Source: Camelus dromedarius (Eukaryota). From it: DNA of 64,000 nt. How positions within the stretch are numbered: position 1 is the first letter of the stretch; every line of letters begins with the position of its first letter. Shown one piece after another: positions 25,621 to 37,561 of this stretch. Below the pieces are notes generated by a model. That model saw only the letters and a program-made list of their open reading frames with translations. It ran no database searches and was not told the DNA's origin. A program made the translations under genes and the position numbers. The stretch spans positions 4,154,001 to 4,218,000 of the forward strand of contig NC_087436.1 in the NCBI RefSeq assembly GCF_036321535.1, in the 5' to 3' direction.

Positions 25621-28600
25621 TCCCTTTATGCTAGATGAACTAACGCCTCTCCACATGCTCAATTCTGACAGTTGAATGTGTGTGAAAGCCGTCAATCACC
25701 TAGCTTGTTGAGAACACACAGTTTCTTTTCAGTGGGAAACTACATTACATACATATATATGGGGAGGTACTAGCTCCAAATCGGTTTTACAGTGAAATCT
25801 GCATGAAATTCTAACCGGCACTAGGAAACATACTGAAAAACCAGCTTAACTGTTTATAGTGCTACCTATTCTCTTTATGCTAGATGAACGAACCCCACTA
25901 CACATTTTCAATTCTGAGAGTTGAATGTGTGTGAAAGCCATCAATCAGCTAGCTGGTTGGGTACGCAGAGTTTCTTTTGAGTGGGGGAATAAATTACATA
26001 AACTTATATGGGGAGGTACTAGCTCCAACTCGGTTTTACAGTGAAATCTGCATGAAATTCTAACCGGTACTAGGAAACATACTGAAAAACCAGCTTAACT
26101 GTTTATAGTGCTACCTATTCTCTTTATGCTAGGTGAACGAACGTCTCTGCAAATGCTCAATTCTGAGAGTTAAGTGTGTGTGAAAGCCAACAATCACCTA
26201 GCTTTTTGGAAACAAACATTTTCTTTTGAGTGGGGAACTACACTACATTCATATATATGGGGAGGTACTAGTTCCAACTCTGTTTTACAGTGAAACCTGC
26301 AGGAAATTTACCGACACTAGGAAACATACTAAGAAACAAGAGTAATTATTTCTACTGCAACACATTTCCCTTTATGCTAGACGAATCAAAGCCTGTCCAC
26401 ATGCTCCGTTCTGAGATTTTAATGCGAGCGAAAACCATATATCACTTAGCTTGTACGGAACACACAGTTTCTTTTGAGTGCGGAACTAACTACATACATA
26501 TATATGGGGAGGTAATAGCTCCAGCTCGGTTTTACAGAGAAAACTGCATGAAATTCAAACCGGCACTAAGAAACATACTGACAAACCAGAGTAATCCTTT
26601 CTACTGCTCGCCATTCCCTTTAAGCTAGATGAAGGAACGCCTCCACATATGCACAATTCTGAGAGCTGAATGTGTGAAAACCGTCAATTACATAGCTAGT
26701 TGGGAAAACACAGTTTCTATTGAGTTCGGAATTACCCTAGATAAATATATATGGGGAGGTACTAGCTCCAACTATTTTACGGTGAATACTGCATGAACAT
26801 CAAACTGGCACGAGGAAACGTACTGAGAAACCAGTGTAAGTGTTTCTACTGCAAACAATTCCCTTCATCCTAGTTGAACAAACGCCTCTCCACATGATCA
26901 GTTTTGAGGGTTGAATATGTCCAAATGTAATCTATCACTTAGCTTGTAGGGAAAAAACAGTTTCTTTTGAGTGGGGAAATACACTCCATACATATATATG
27001 GGGAGATACTAGCTCGAAGTAGGTTTTACAGTGAAAACTGCATGAATTTCAAACCGGTACTAGGAAACATACTGAGAAACCAGAGTAAGTATTTCAAATG
27101 CTACCTATTCTCTTTATGCTAGATGAACGAATGTCTTTTCACATGCTCAATTCTGGGAGTAAGTTTGTGTGAAAGCCATCAATTACAGAGCATGTTGGGA
27201 CACACAATTTCTTTTCATTGGGAAAATAAAGTACATACATTTATATGGGGAGGTACTAGCCCCAACTTGGTTTTACAGTGAAAACTGCATGAATATCAAA
27301 CGGTACTAGGAAACATACTGAGAAATCAGAGTAAGCTTTCATATTGATACCTATTCTATCTATGCTAGATGAACGAACGTCTTTCCACATGCTCAAATCT
27401 GAGAGTTAAGAGTGTGTGAAAGCCTTCAATCACCTAGCTTGTGGGAACACACAGTAACTTTTCTGTGGGAAACTACACTACATACATATATATGGGGAGG
27501 TACTAGCTCCAACTCAGTATTACTGAATGAACTACAAAACGGCACCTGGAAACATACTGAGAGCCAGAGTAAGTATTTCTACTAAAACACATTCCCTTTA
27601 TGCTAGATGAAAGAACGTCTCTCCACATTCTCAATTCTGAGACTTAAGTGTGTGTGAAAGCTGTCAATCACCTAGTTTGTTGGGAAAACACAGTTTCTTT
27701 TCATTGGGTAACTACAGTAAAAACATATATATGGGGAAATACTAGCCTCAACTCGGTTTTACAGAGTACACTGCATGAACTTCCAACTGGCACTAAGAAA
27801 CATACTGAGAAATCACAGTAAGTGTTTCAATGGCTCCTCATTCCCTCTATGCTACATTAACGAACGCGTCTCCACATGTTAAATTCTGAGAGCAGAATGT
27901 GCGAGTAACCGGACAATCACCTATCTTGTTGGGAATACACAGTTTATTTAGAGTGTGGAACTAAACTACATACATATATATGGGTAGGTACTAGCTCCAG
28001 CTCGGGTTTACAGTGATAATTTCACGAACTTCAAACCAGCATTAGGAAATATACTGAGAAATCAGACTAAGTGTTTCTACTGCAACTCATTCCCTTTATG
28101 CTAGATGAACGAACGCTTCTCCACATGGCCAATTATGAGAATTAAGTTTGTGGGAAAGCAGTCAATCACCTAGCGAGTTGGGAACACACAGTTTCTTTAC
28201 AGTGGGAAACTACACTACATACATGTATATGGGGAGGTACTAGCTCCAACTACGTGTTACAGTGAAAACTGCATGAACTTCAAACCAACACTAGAAATAT
28301 ACTGAGAAACCAGAGTAATGTTTCTAATGCAACCCATTTCCTTTATGCTAGATGAACGAACACCTCTCCACATGGCCAATTATGAGAGTTAAATGTGAGG
28401 GAAAGCAGACAATCACCTAGGTAGTTGGGAACACAGTTTCTTTTCAGTGGGAAACTACACTACATACATGTATATGGGGAGGCACTAGCTCCAACTCGGT
28501 TACAGTGAAAAGTGCATGAACTTCAAACCAGCACTGGGAAACATACTGAGAAACCAGAGTAAGTCTACGTAGTGATACCTATTCTGTCTATGCTAGATGA

Positions 28601-29704
28601 ACGAACGTCTTTCCACATGCTGAATTCTGAGATAACTGTGTGTGAAAGCCGTCAATCACCTAGCTTGATGGGAAAACACAGTTTCTTTTCTGTGGGAAAG
28701 TACACTACATACATTTATATTGGAAGGTATTAACTCCAACTGGATTTTACAGTGAAAACTGCAGGAAATTCAAACCAGCACTAGGAAACATACTAAGAAA
28801 ACACAGAAAGTGTTTCTACTGCAACCCATTCCCTTTGTGCTAGATGAAAGTATGCCTGTACAATGCTCTGTTCTGAGAGGTTAATGCGAGCGAAAACCAT
28901 CTATCATTTAGCTGTAGGGAACACACAGTTCCTTTTGAGCGGGAGAATAAACTACAGACATATATATGGGAAGGTCCTAGCTCCAACTCGGTTTTACAGT
29001 GAAAACTTCATGAACTTCTAATGGGCACTAGGAAACATACTGAAAAACCAGTGTAAGTGTTTATATTGCTACCTATTCTCTTTATGCTAGATGAATGAAC
29101 GTCTCTGCAAATGCTCAATTCTGAGAATTAAGTGTGTGTGAAAGCCGACAATCACCTAGCTTGTTGGAAACAAACGTTATCTTTTGAGTGGGGAACTACA
29201 CTACATGCATATATATGGGGAGTTACTTACTCCAACTCGGTTTTACAGTGAAAACTCCATGAACTTCAAACCGGCACTAGGAAACGTACTGAGAAACCAG
29301 AGTAAGTGTTTCTACTGCAATCCATTCCCTTTATGCTAGATGAACGAACGCCTCCCCAAATTCTCAGTTCTGAGAATTGAATGTGTGTGAAAGCCTTAAA
29401 TCACCTAGCTTCTTATGATCACATAGTTTGTTTTCATTGAGGAACAACACTAAATAAATATATATCGGGAAGTACAAGCTCCAAATCGGTTTTACAGGGA
29501 AAACTGCATGAAATTCAAACCGGCAGTGTTAAACATTACTGAGAACCCAGAGTAAGTGTTTTTAGTGCTACCTATACTCTTTAAGCTATATGAAAAAAAC
29601 GTGTCTCCAAATGCTTAGTTCTGAGAGTTAAGTGTGTGTTAAAGCCGTAATTAACCTAGCTTGCTGGGAACACACAGTTTCTTTTCAGTTGGAAACTGCA
29701 CTAC
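25616..29704 (+). repeat. Tandem satellite array of ~248-bp monomers, ~16.5 copies, diverged
   Basis: The anchor CTAGATGAA(-like) starts at 25631, 25880, 26129, 26377, 26625, 26870, 27119, 27365, 27603, 27852, 28101, 28348, 28593, 28840, 29087, 29336 and 29586 (spacing 238-250). Recurring blocks include ATATATGGGGAGGTACTAGCTCCAACTCGGTTTTACAGTGAAAACTGCATG and ACTAGGAAACATACTGAGAAACCAGAGTAAG. Confidence 0.97.
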
Positions 29705-29795
29705 TTACTCTGGTTTCTCAGTATGTTTCCTAGTTCCAGTTTGAAGTTAATGCAATTTTCACTAAAGCCGAGTTGGATCTTGTACATCTATATAC
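29702..29795 (-). repeat. Inverted partial satellite monomer capping the array
   Basis: TACTTACTCTGGTTTCTCAGTATGTTTCCTAG...GCCGAGTTGGATCTTGTACATCTATATAC is the reverse complement of the monomer segment TATATGGGGAGGTACTAGCTCCAACTCGG...CAGAGTAAGT. Confidence 0.92.
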
Positions 29796-31428
29796 TTTTA
29801 ATTTTAATGATATTGAGCCCCAAAAGTCCTTTCAGAACAGCTGACTCTGAGAATTACCACAGGACTCTCAGATTACGAGAACTGGAGGGGATGGTCTCTT
29901 CTCCCCAGTTCAAAGTGGGTAAAACTGAGGCCCAGAGCATGGAAGGGACTTGTCCAAGGTCACTCAGGGGGTTAGTGTCAAAATGGGGGGTGATCCACAG
30001 CTGGAGACTGTTTTCTAAAGTGCATGTCTGATGCGGTCTCCCTCCACGCCCCCCTGTTGCCTGGAGAATAAACCCAAACTGCTTGGCAGGGCCTAAGAGG
30101 CCATTTACTCCTTCCCTTTCACCTCAGCCTCACCTCCCCAGCTCTCCCAGGTCAGGGACCTCCTGCATTCCTTAACGTGTCACTCTGATGTCTTTGCCCC
30201 TGATGTTTCCTGTCTCCCCACCTATCTAGTAAGCTCCTATTCACCCTTCACAACCCAACTTAAATGTGCCTTCCTCTCAAAAGTCCCCTCCCATTTCCAG
30301 GTTGAGTTACTCTGCCCCTCTTCTGCGATCCCGTAGCACTGAACGCATGTGATAGTAATTATTTGAGTATTTCTTTGTCCTCCTCCACCCATATGTTTTA
30401 TTTTGTCTTTGCTTCCCTGGAGCTTAGTCCAAAGCCTGGTCCATAGTAGGCACACAGTAAATATTTGTGACATTGCCATTGCCAAAGCTAAGGGACCCCT
30501 TTCTTTGCTTTCCTTCTCAGCTTTTCTATAGTATCTGATGCCACTGATTCTTTCTTCTTGAGATGCTTCCTTCCTGAGCGCCTATGGTTCCCCTCTGCCT
30601 GTTTTTCCCTTCGACCTCTCTTGACTGTTCTGTACTGGTCTCCTTTTGGGGTGTCCCTTCCTCTGTCCATCTCTTCTAGACTGTGATTGTTTGAGGATTT
30701 GTCCTGGCCTTCTCTTGTGCTCCTCAGGAAAGCCTTCTCTGCCTAGAGTGTCATAGGATTCAGGGTCTTTGCTTACGCTGTTCCCTCTCCCAGAGACACT
30801 TTTCCCCTTGTTTCTGGAATGACCAGCTTCTTCTCAACCTTCAGGTTTCAGCCCAGATGTCACCCTCTCAGAGAGTCCTTCCCCAATCACCTGAGCTCAG
30901 CCTGAGCTTGGGCACTGAGCAGCTGGTAGGACTGTTGGATGGCAGGAAAAGTGAAGGAGGGGGCAGGTCCTGGGCAGAGCGGAGCACAGAGAAGTGGAGG
31001 GGCATGCATCCGTGGCACGAGTGCTAACAGCTCCTCCCAAGTTACCGCTGGGGACTCCACGTCTCCTCCATCCAGTTTTTGGGTTATTAATGCTCCTCAG
31101 TAAACTTCCAGTGAGTGTGATAAAACACTTAGCAGGGTGCAGCCAGAGCTCATGAAAGCAGGATTTAGTGCCATTTTGTAGATGTCAGGGCTGACCTCCA
31201 CACTCGGGCTAGTGTGTATTTAAAATTCATGCCCAACTCTCTGCCTTCAGGGAGAAGGCCTGGGGCCTGGGGGAGATGACACAGTTCCACACTGCCTTTG
31301 CAGGTCTGTCACACTTGGAATGGGCGCTGGCCAGGGGGGCCTCCCAGCAGGGGTCAGGCCGAGCCAGGTGGGGCCTCCCATAGTCTCCTTCCTGATAAGA
31401 ATGGGCTTTGGAGCCAGACAGACCTGTG

Positions 31429-31541
31429 CTAGGTGACCAGCTAGCCCTGTTTATCCAGGGCAGAGGTGTTTCCCGGGGTGTGGCACTTCTCAGTGCTGAG
31501 ACCAGGAAAGTTCTAGCAAACTGGGATGAGTTGGTCATCCC
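31429..31541. mobile_element. hAT-Blackjack MITE (MER81-like)
   Basis: Imperfect terminal inverted repeats TAGGTGACCAGCT ... AGTTGGTCATCCCA, ~113 bp. Confidence 0.65.
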
Positions 31542-31829
31542 AGACCTGGCTCAACTACTTCTTTACTTTGTAAGCTTGGGAGGATAACTTCCCTCTCTGA
31601 GTGTCATTTTTCTCAGCTGTCAAAAGGAACAATTCTCCAAGGCCAGTGGTGCAGAGCAAGCCATAGTGCTGTGTGTATGCACTGGCTCTTGTCCAGTTCA
31701 TACACTTAGTTGCATCCATACTTGGTGAGCTGTCATTAAATCACAGCCTCCTCCAGAAGCAGACAGAGCCAGTGACCTGGGTAGGTAGAGGTGGACAATT
31801 CATTATATATATATAAAGAACAGTTAAAC

Positions 31830-32420
31830 CTACCTTGTTCATCAGGTAAATTAATGCAAGAGGCTGTAACGAACAACCCCCAAGTCTCTGTGGTTCAACA
31901 CAGTAGACGTTATTTCTTGCTTCCATCACAGTACTTGTGATGTACAGTCAGGCTAGGTGGCCCCTCACAGCAGTGACTCAGGGAGCCAGGCTCTTCCATG
32001 TGGTGGCTCTGCCATCTCCTAAAGCTGCCTTCTCTGCCTTAAACAAACTTTAGTGGGATCTTTGAGGGCAGGGGTCAGCAAAACTACACCCGGGAGGCAG
32101 TTGTGGTCTATGGCCAGTTTTTGTCAATAAAATTGTATTGGAACAGGCACACCCTTTACTCATTGTCAGTGGCTGCTCTTGCCCTACAGTGGCAGAGTTG
32201 AGTAGTTGTGACAGTCACTACATGGTCTGTAAAACCTAACTATTTACTACCTGGCCCTTTACGGAAAGCATTTGCTGACTTTGGCTTTAGGAGGTAGGCT
32301 TGGAAGTGGCATTCGTTATGTCCACCTGTATTCCATTGGCTAAAATTCAGTCTAATTTCCCCAAACTAGCTGCAAGGGAGGCTGGGGAATGTCGAGGATC
32401 ACATGGATTTAGCATGCATT
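31830..32420 (-). mobile_element. Old MaLR LTR (MLT1I/J-like) interrupted by MER58A
   Basis: GGCTGTAACGAACAACCCCCAAGTCTCTGTGGTTCAACAC...TTATTTCTTGCT and CCATTGGCTAAAATTCAGTC...CTGCAAGGGAGGCTGGGAATGT. Confidence 0.6.
32069..32283 (+). mobile_element. MER58A-like hAT-Charlie MITE
   Basis: CAGGGGTCAGCAAA...TATTTACTACCTGGCCCTTTACGGAAAGCATTTGCTGAC, with terminal inverted repeats. Confidence 0.75.
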
Positions 32421-33489
32421 AATGGTCCCTGCGATGCCAGTCTCTCAGGGTCATTGTGAAGATGTAATAATCATGCCTGCAAAGTATTTCTTGGAGGCTC
32501 CGGCACACGGCAGCTCTTCCATAATGACCCCCTGGGCTCCCCAGGTCTCAGTGATGTACCAAGTGGTGGGGAGGCAGGATTGTAGGGGAGGATCCCCTCC
32601 CCACTCTAGAGAAGAAAGAATAACTAGCCGTTCAGGTCTTGGTGACTAGGATGTGAGCTGAGCACCTTGTTGCATGTAATCTGGATTTGGGCTCTAGCTG
32701 TTTACACCTGGCCAGCTGAGGCAGAGACCAGGATGAACCCGGGGATGCTTATTTGAGCCCTGAGATGAGCACCTCCCAGACAGATTTTTTTTTCTCCTGG
32801 ACAAGCAGGGTAGCAGCTATGAGTTCATCAGCTCTTAGGATGTTGCCAGTCTCAGTGTGACCTGGCTGGACTTAGCTGGGATAGTCCCCCTCACCGTCCC
32901 CAGCTGTAATGTCATTTTAAAGAACAGCAAGTTTGGAAAATTACAAAATACGTTCAATTAATCACAGTATAGGAAAGATATATAACATTAAATGTATATT
33001 ATTAATATATTTTTGCTTTGGAAAGCAACTATGGTAAAATTTACTTAAAGCATCGATTGAAGGTTAATTAGTAGTTAAGCTTGATATTTTCAATTCATTC
33101 ATGTGAATTGAGCGTGACTCTTCACTAATAATAATGAAGCAATTCTGAGTTTAGTTTCAAGTTTGCTAAGTTTTCCCCCTTTTTCTACTGTCTTTTCATA
33201 AGAGTTGAGGTCCATAATGTGTAGAAATGTGACACTGAAATCACATAGCAGAGTTGTCAAGTCTTTTTATTTTTTTGAATAATGGAAGATTTCTTTTGTC
33301 ACAGAAATCCAGAACTACTCACCAAGAGAGATGCCTGAATGTTTTATCCTAAGGCAACAGTGTAGACATAGAAGTCAGTTCTTCTTGTAAAAATAAAGTC
33401 AAAGTCAGCAATACCAGCCCCCCAGTCTGACTGCAATCTCAGGGTGCCTGCCTAAAAGCACCCACACTTACCAGTCTGCTTTGGCTGGT

Positions 33490-34170
33490 CCTTCAGCACC
33501 CACTCACTGAGTGAGGAGCCCTATGTGCTGTCCTGACCCAGAGTTGTCCTTGCCTCAGAGAGAGGAGACATTCTTGTCTGGCACAGCCAGGACCTCTCTG
33601 CCCGAAAGCTGTCTGCTCTCCACCTCCTTGTTCCCAGCACAGCTCAAGGACGATACGGTCATGATGGCTGACAGACTTCAACAGATCAGGGTCTATCAGC
33701 CCCACCTGCAGCAGCTTTGAGATCTGTCTCAGTTCCTTTGGGATCCTTCTTAATATTTCATTGCTCACCCCGACCTTCTACCCCGGAGACCACTGGGTAT
33801 GTTTTCAAAGGCCAGTGCTTTTGTCTCTTCTCTCTCCTTTGGAGAATTGCCCTTAGGTTACTCTCAAGTTCACAGAGAGCCCGAAGGTTCCTGGGAATCT
33901 ACAGTTTACATCCTCACCATTCTCCTGGTGGAGCTCTCCTGTCTTGGATCAGGACCACCCTGAGATGCAACTTCTGCTCCTATAGAATCAGGATGATGCT
34001 ACCCTTGGTGGGGCCTTTGTCTGCGATCACACCCTTGTGTAGCTTCCTGCCCTTCTCTGACCTGCTTCTCTCTGTCCTTTACTGATTTCTTCTGGGTGCA
34101 CTTCACTAATAAGTCACATGCACCCAAATCCTTGTCTTGAGGTCTGCCTGTTTGGAACCTGACCTAAGAC
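33490..34170 (+). mobile_element. ERVL-class LTR remnant (LTR16/33/50-like)
   Basis: 3' end AATAAGTCACATGCAC...GGAACCTGACCTAAGACA. Left boundary is approximate. Confidence 0.5.
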
Positions 34171-36279
34171 ACAGGCATCGATGGGGGATTGGGGCTGCCT
34201 CTGTGAAGAGTTCGTGTGATCTGAGACGCAGGTGTCCAGCCATGGGGTGGGGAGGGGGGAAGTAAAAGCCTCAGCTTCTAATCATGGAAAAAGCCAGGCG
34301 ATAGAGCCTAATGGCTATGGTTACAGGCTTTGGTGTCAGGCAGACCCATGCTGCTGTCCTGGCCCTGTCACTTACCGTCTCCCTGTGGCTTTGGGCAATT
34401 TGCTTATCCTCTCTAGGTCTGAGTTTTCTCCTCTGAAAAATAGAGATAATGGTCACACCTGCTCCGTGGGATGGTTATGAGCGTGAAGGAAGCACGTGCG
34501 TGTGAAGCGCTGGGTGCGTGCTGGCACACGGCTAATACCCAGTGTGTGCTGGCCCGGCTTACGGTTTGGTTCAGGCTATTATTATTCTTTGGCTTGTGCT
34601 TTGTCCCCTATTTGTAACTGTGTGTGCCAGTGTCATCGTCTCCCCTGGCGGCCAGTTTTCATTTGTTGGTTCGGAGTGTAGAGTCAGGAGGGAGAATTCC
34701 TTTACTTTGTCAGGAACAGGAAAAATACTTAAGCAGTCTTGACTGTTAATTTGGCCTTTGATCGATTATCTGTAGCGTGATTGATGATGCCTGTGTGGCA
34801 TCGGTTGTTAACCATTTTTAACATTGCCCTTGTGTGGGGAACTCCGGATGAGTCAAACTGAGAAGATCATTTGCCTTTCATTTGACACAGTCTTTGAGAA
34901 AGTAAGAAGAAAAGACTGTAGGGATTGAAGGTAGGAACTGATAGGCCTCTGGAACCTTCTGTGGACCAGTCGTTAGCTCATTGAATCCTCCAAGTCATAC
35001 AAGGTTGGAAGTATTACCCTTATTTCCCAGCTGAGGAAACCAAGCGCTGTTAATTTGTGTAGAATCAAATAACCAAGTAACTGGGAGTGAGAGATGTTCC
35101 CCAGGTTAGCAAGTGGTGGAGCAGAACTTCAGCATGGGTCTTGTTTTTCTAAATTTCCTGCCTTTTTTTTTTTTTTTTCCAGCACAGAGTTAAATGAAGA
35201 CACTGAAATTATGCAGTAAAATTCAGTGAGAGTGGGGTGAAACTTGGGCATTGAGAATATAATAAAAATCACAGAAGCTCTTTAAGTAATAGTTGGAATG
35301 GAAGATCTCACAGTCCCTAGAAGCTCAGAGAACCTGTGCCTGTGGAAGACGCCTTCTAGGCTCAAGTGCAGAGCTCTCAGAAGGTTCTCAGGACCTTTCC
35401 TCCCACTGTCACAGCCTCTGGTGCCACCAGAATTAGATCCTCCTTACTAAATCCAGGAAAAGCCACAGCTCTGGGGCACTGAAGGGGTGTCTGTTCACAG
35501 AAGCAGCAGGTGTCCGTTTTGTGGCTGGGTGCTTGGCGATGAGGTAGCATACTGTGGGCGTACTTGTTGGGGCTTTGACATAAAACAGGCCCAGGCTCAA
35601 ATTCTGGCCCAGCCAATCAGCAGTGATGTCCCTTGGGCAAGGTATGTAACCTGTCTCAGTCTGTTTTCTCATCAGAGGGATGTATCTGAAGGTATTACAC
35701 CTAGTAAATGCTTCACAGCGCTTTGCTCCTGTCGTGGTTCATGCTTCCCCACCTTGCTGTCTGGGGGACAAACCTTCTTTGGGGATTTTGTTCTAGGATC
35801 ACCTTTCGTGATCCTCCCACAAGCCAAGCTAGCTGATTTTCTCTCTCTCTTTTTTCTGTCTCAGCAGAAAACTGTGAGTATGTTGATTAAGGCACTTGTC
35901 ACATTGTGTCATAATAATCTCTTTAAAAATCTGTTAAGAAATCCTTTGGCTGCAAGTAACAAATAATCAAATTCCAACTGGCTTTTTGGACGAGGAAATT
36001 GCTAATGTCAAGGGATGAAAAGCTAGAAGGAACTAGGCTCCATCTCGGAGTTTAAGAGGTGCAATCAAGGGAGAGAGGGGACGGAGTGGTTTTAAAATAC
36101 GAATGGAAACTCTCTGGCACGCCTCTCTTCAAGAGGTAGAGTCTAGATCCCTGTCCTTGAGTGCACATTCTTCTGGATCCTCATGGTCTTTATCTGTCTA
36201 ATGGGGTAATAGTCACGCTCACCTCCTAGAGTTACTGTCAGTAGAGTGAGGTCAGGCAGGTAGCATGCCTCGGGGAAGA

Positions 36280-36510
36280 CAGTGTTTCCAGGAATGTTGA
36301 AGGTCATTCTGCACCCACAGGGACTCAGCTGTTGGCCAAGTAAGTTTGGGAAGCTCTGAGTTAAGCTGGTTGGCTGTAGGATTCCTCAGAGCCTTGAATA
36401 AGCTCATCTTCATTGCAACCATCTAAGAAAGGCATATTATCAAGTGGCATTTCTTTAGTGTATTTGGCCCTAGAGTCCTACTTTGGAGGGCATTTTATGG
36501 GCCTGTGTCC
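36280..36510 (+). mobile_element. hAT-Charlie MITE (MER112-like)
   Basis: CAGTGTTTCC start, then AAGTAAGTTTGGGAAGCTCTGAGTTAA...GGATTCCTCAGAGCCTT. Confidence 0.55.
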
Positions 36511-37209
36511 ACTGCCTTAGCTCTGTGTTAGGGAAGCCACCTGTGGCCACCCGTGTCCTGTGGTGGGTCTGTGGCTGGTACCTCTCCTATTTGAGATGCA
36601 GGGCAGGCCCTGTGCAGTGAGTGGAGCCCCGCCTTTCCTCCTGCCTTGTGTGAATTCTGGGCTAAGTAGATGTAGCAGTGGCCTCACCTGTACCTCACTT
36701 GTCTCCCATAGTGCACAGGGGCTCATAGTCTCAAGGCTGCCATGCGCATCTGGTGCCAGGATGTCTGTGGAAAGGTACCCAGCAGGTGGTCCTGAGGGGC
36801 CTGGCCACGCACCACGCTCTTCTTACCACCTGGGCCTTGCAGCTCCATTTGTTACCAAAACAAAAGCCCCTGGAAAGTCAGCTCAAGGATGACATGAGCA
36901 CCTTTTAAGTAAAAGGCGCCTTCAATATCCACATGCCAAATGAGGTGCTTCCTGAGTGGACACTGTCATGGAGAACCCATCCTTTGCTTTCTTAGCTTCC
37001 AGGGTAGCCGATGGGTGTCAGGGCGGAAGAGGGCACTGACACAGATAGGATGGCACACAGCCACTCCCCGCCGTTCCTCCCAAATTTCTGTTTTCCTCCC
37101 CCAAAGAAAACAGCCATTTCTCCTGGCTTTGAGAATGTGATGCAGTGCCCTTTTTGTGGTGGGTTCTGGCCTCCTTTGTACCCTGGCTGTCCCAGTGAGG
37201 CTGCTTCTG

Positions 37210-37375
37210 TTTTTAAAAAATTTAATTTAATTTTGAAATATAGTCAGTTTTTTAATGTTGTGTTAATTTCTGGTTTACAGCCTAGTGATTCAGTTATACG
37301 TATATATATATATTCCTTTTCATATTCTTTGTCACTATGGGTTACCACAAGATATTGAATATAATTTTCTGGGCT
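37210..37375 (-). mobile_element. Short L1 3'-end fragment
   Basis: GAAATATAGTCAGTTTTTTAATGTTGTGTTAATTTCTGG...AAGATATTGAATATA. Confidence 0.75.
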
Positions 37376-37414
37376 AACAAGTTTAGCTATTTTACTTTGT
37401 GTGTGTGTGTGTGT

Positions 37415-37558
37415 GGTTTTTGGGGGTTTTTCTTGGTGGGGGGAGGCAATCATGTTGTTTGTTTGTTTATATATATATTTAATTGCAGTACTGGAGATGG
37501 AACCCAGGACCTCGTGCATGCCAGGCACATACTCTACCACTGAGCTACGTTCTCCCCC
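37415..37558 (-). mobile_element. tRNA-Ala-derived SINE of camelid type
   Basis: The minus strand reads GGGGAGAACGTAGCTCAGTGGTAGAG (A box) ... GAGGTCCTGGGTTCCATCTCCAGTAC (B box-like), then an AT-rich linker, ATTGCCTCCCCCC and an A-rich tail. Confidence 0.85.
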
Positions 37559-37561
37559 ATA

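Noticed and set aside
26290..26628. 112-aa ORF in the satellite
   Set aside because: Chance open frame in tandem repeat DNA with no recognisable protein similarity.
29160..29176. CENP-B box in the satellite (CTTGTTGGAAACAAAC)
   Set aside because: It resembles the GTTGGAAAC middle only and lacks the essential TTCG and CGGG positions of NTTCGNNNNANNCGGGN.
25616..29704. CRISPR-like array
   Set aside because: The whole 248-bp unit repeats with no unique spacers, the context is mammalian, and there are no cas genes.
25616..29795. L1-mediated retrotransposition of a satellite transcript
   Set aside because: The inversion geometry fits, but there is no polyA/polyT end, no TSD, and the ANO6 exon does not resume on the far side.
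37487..37558. tRNA-Ala gene
   Set aside because: The acceptor stem and B box are degenerate and it is followed by a SINE linker and tail, so it is a SINE head.
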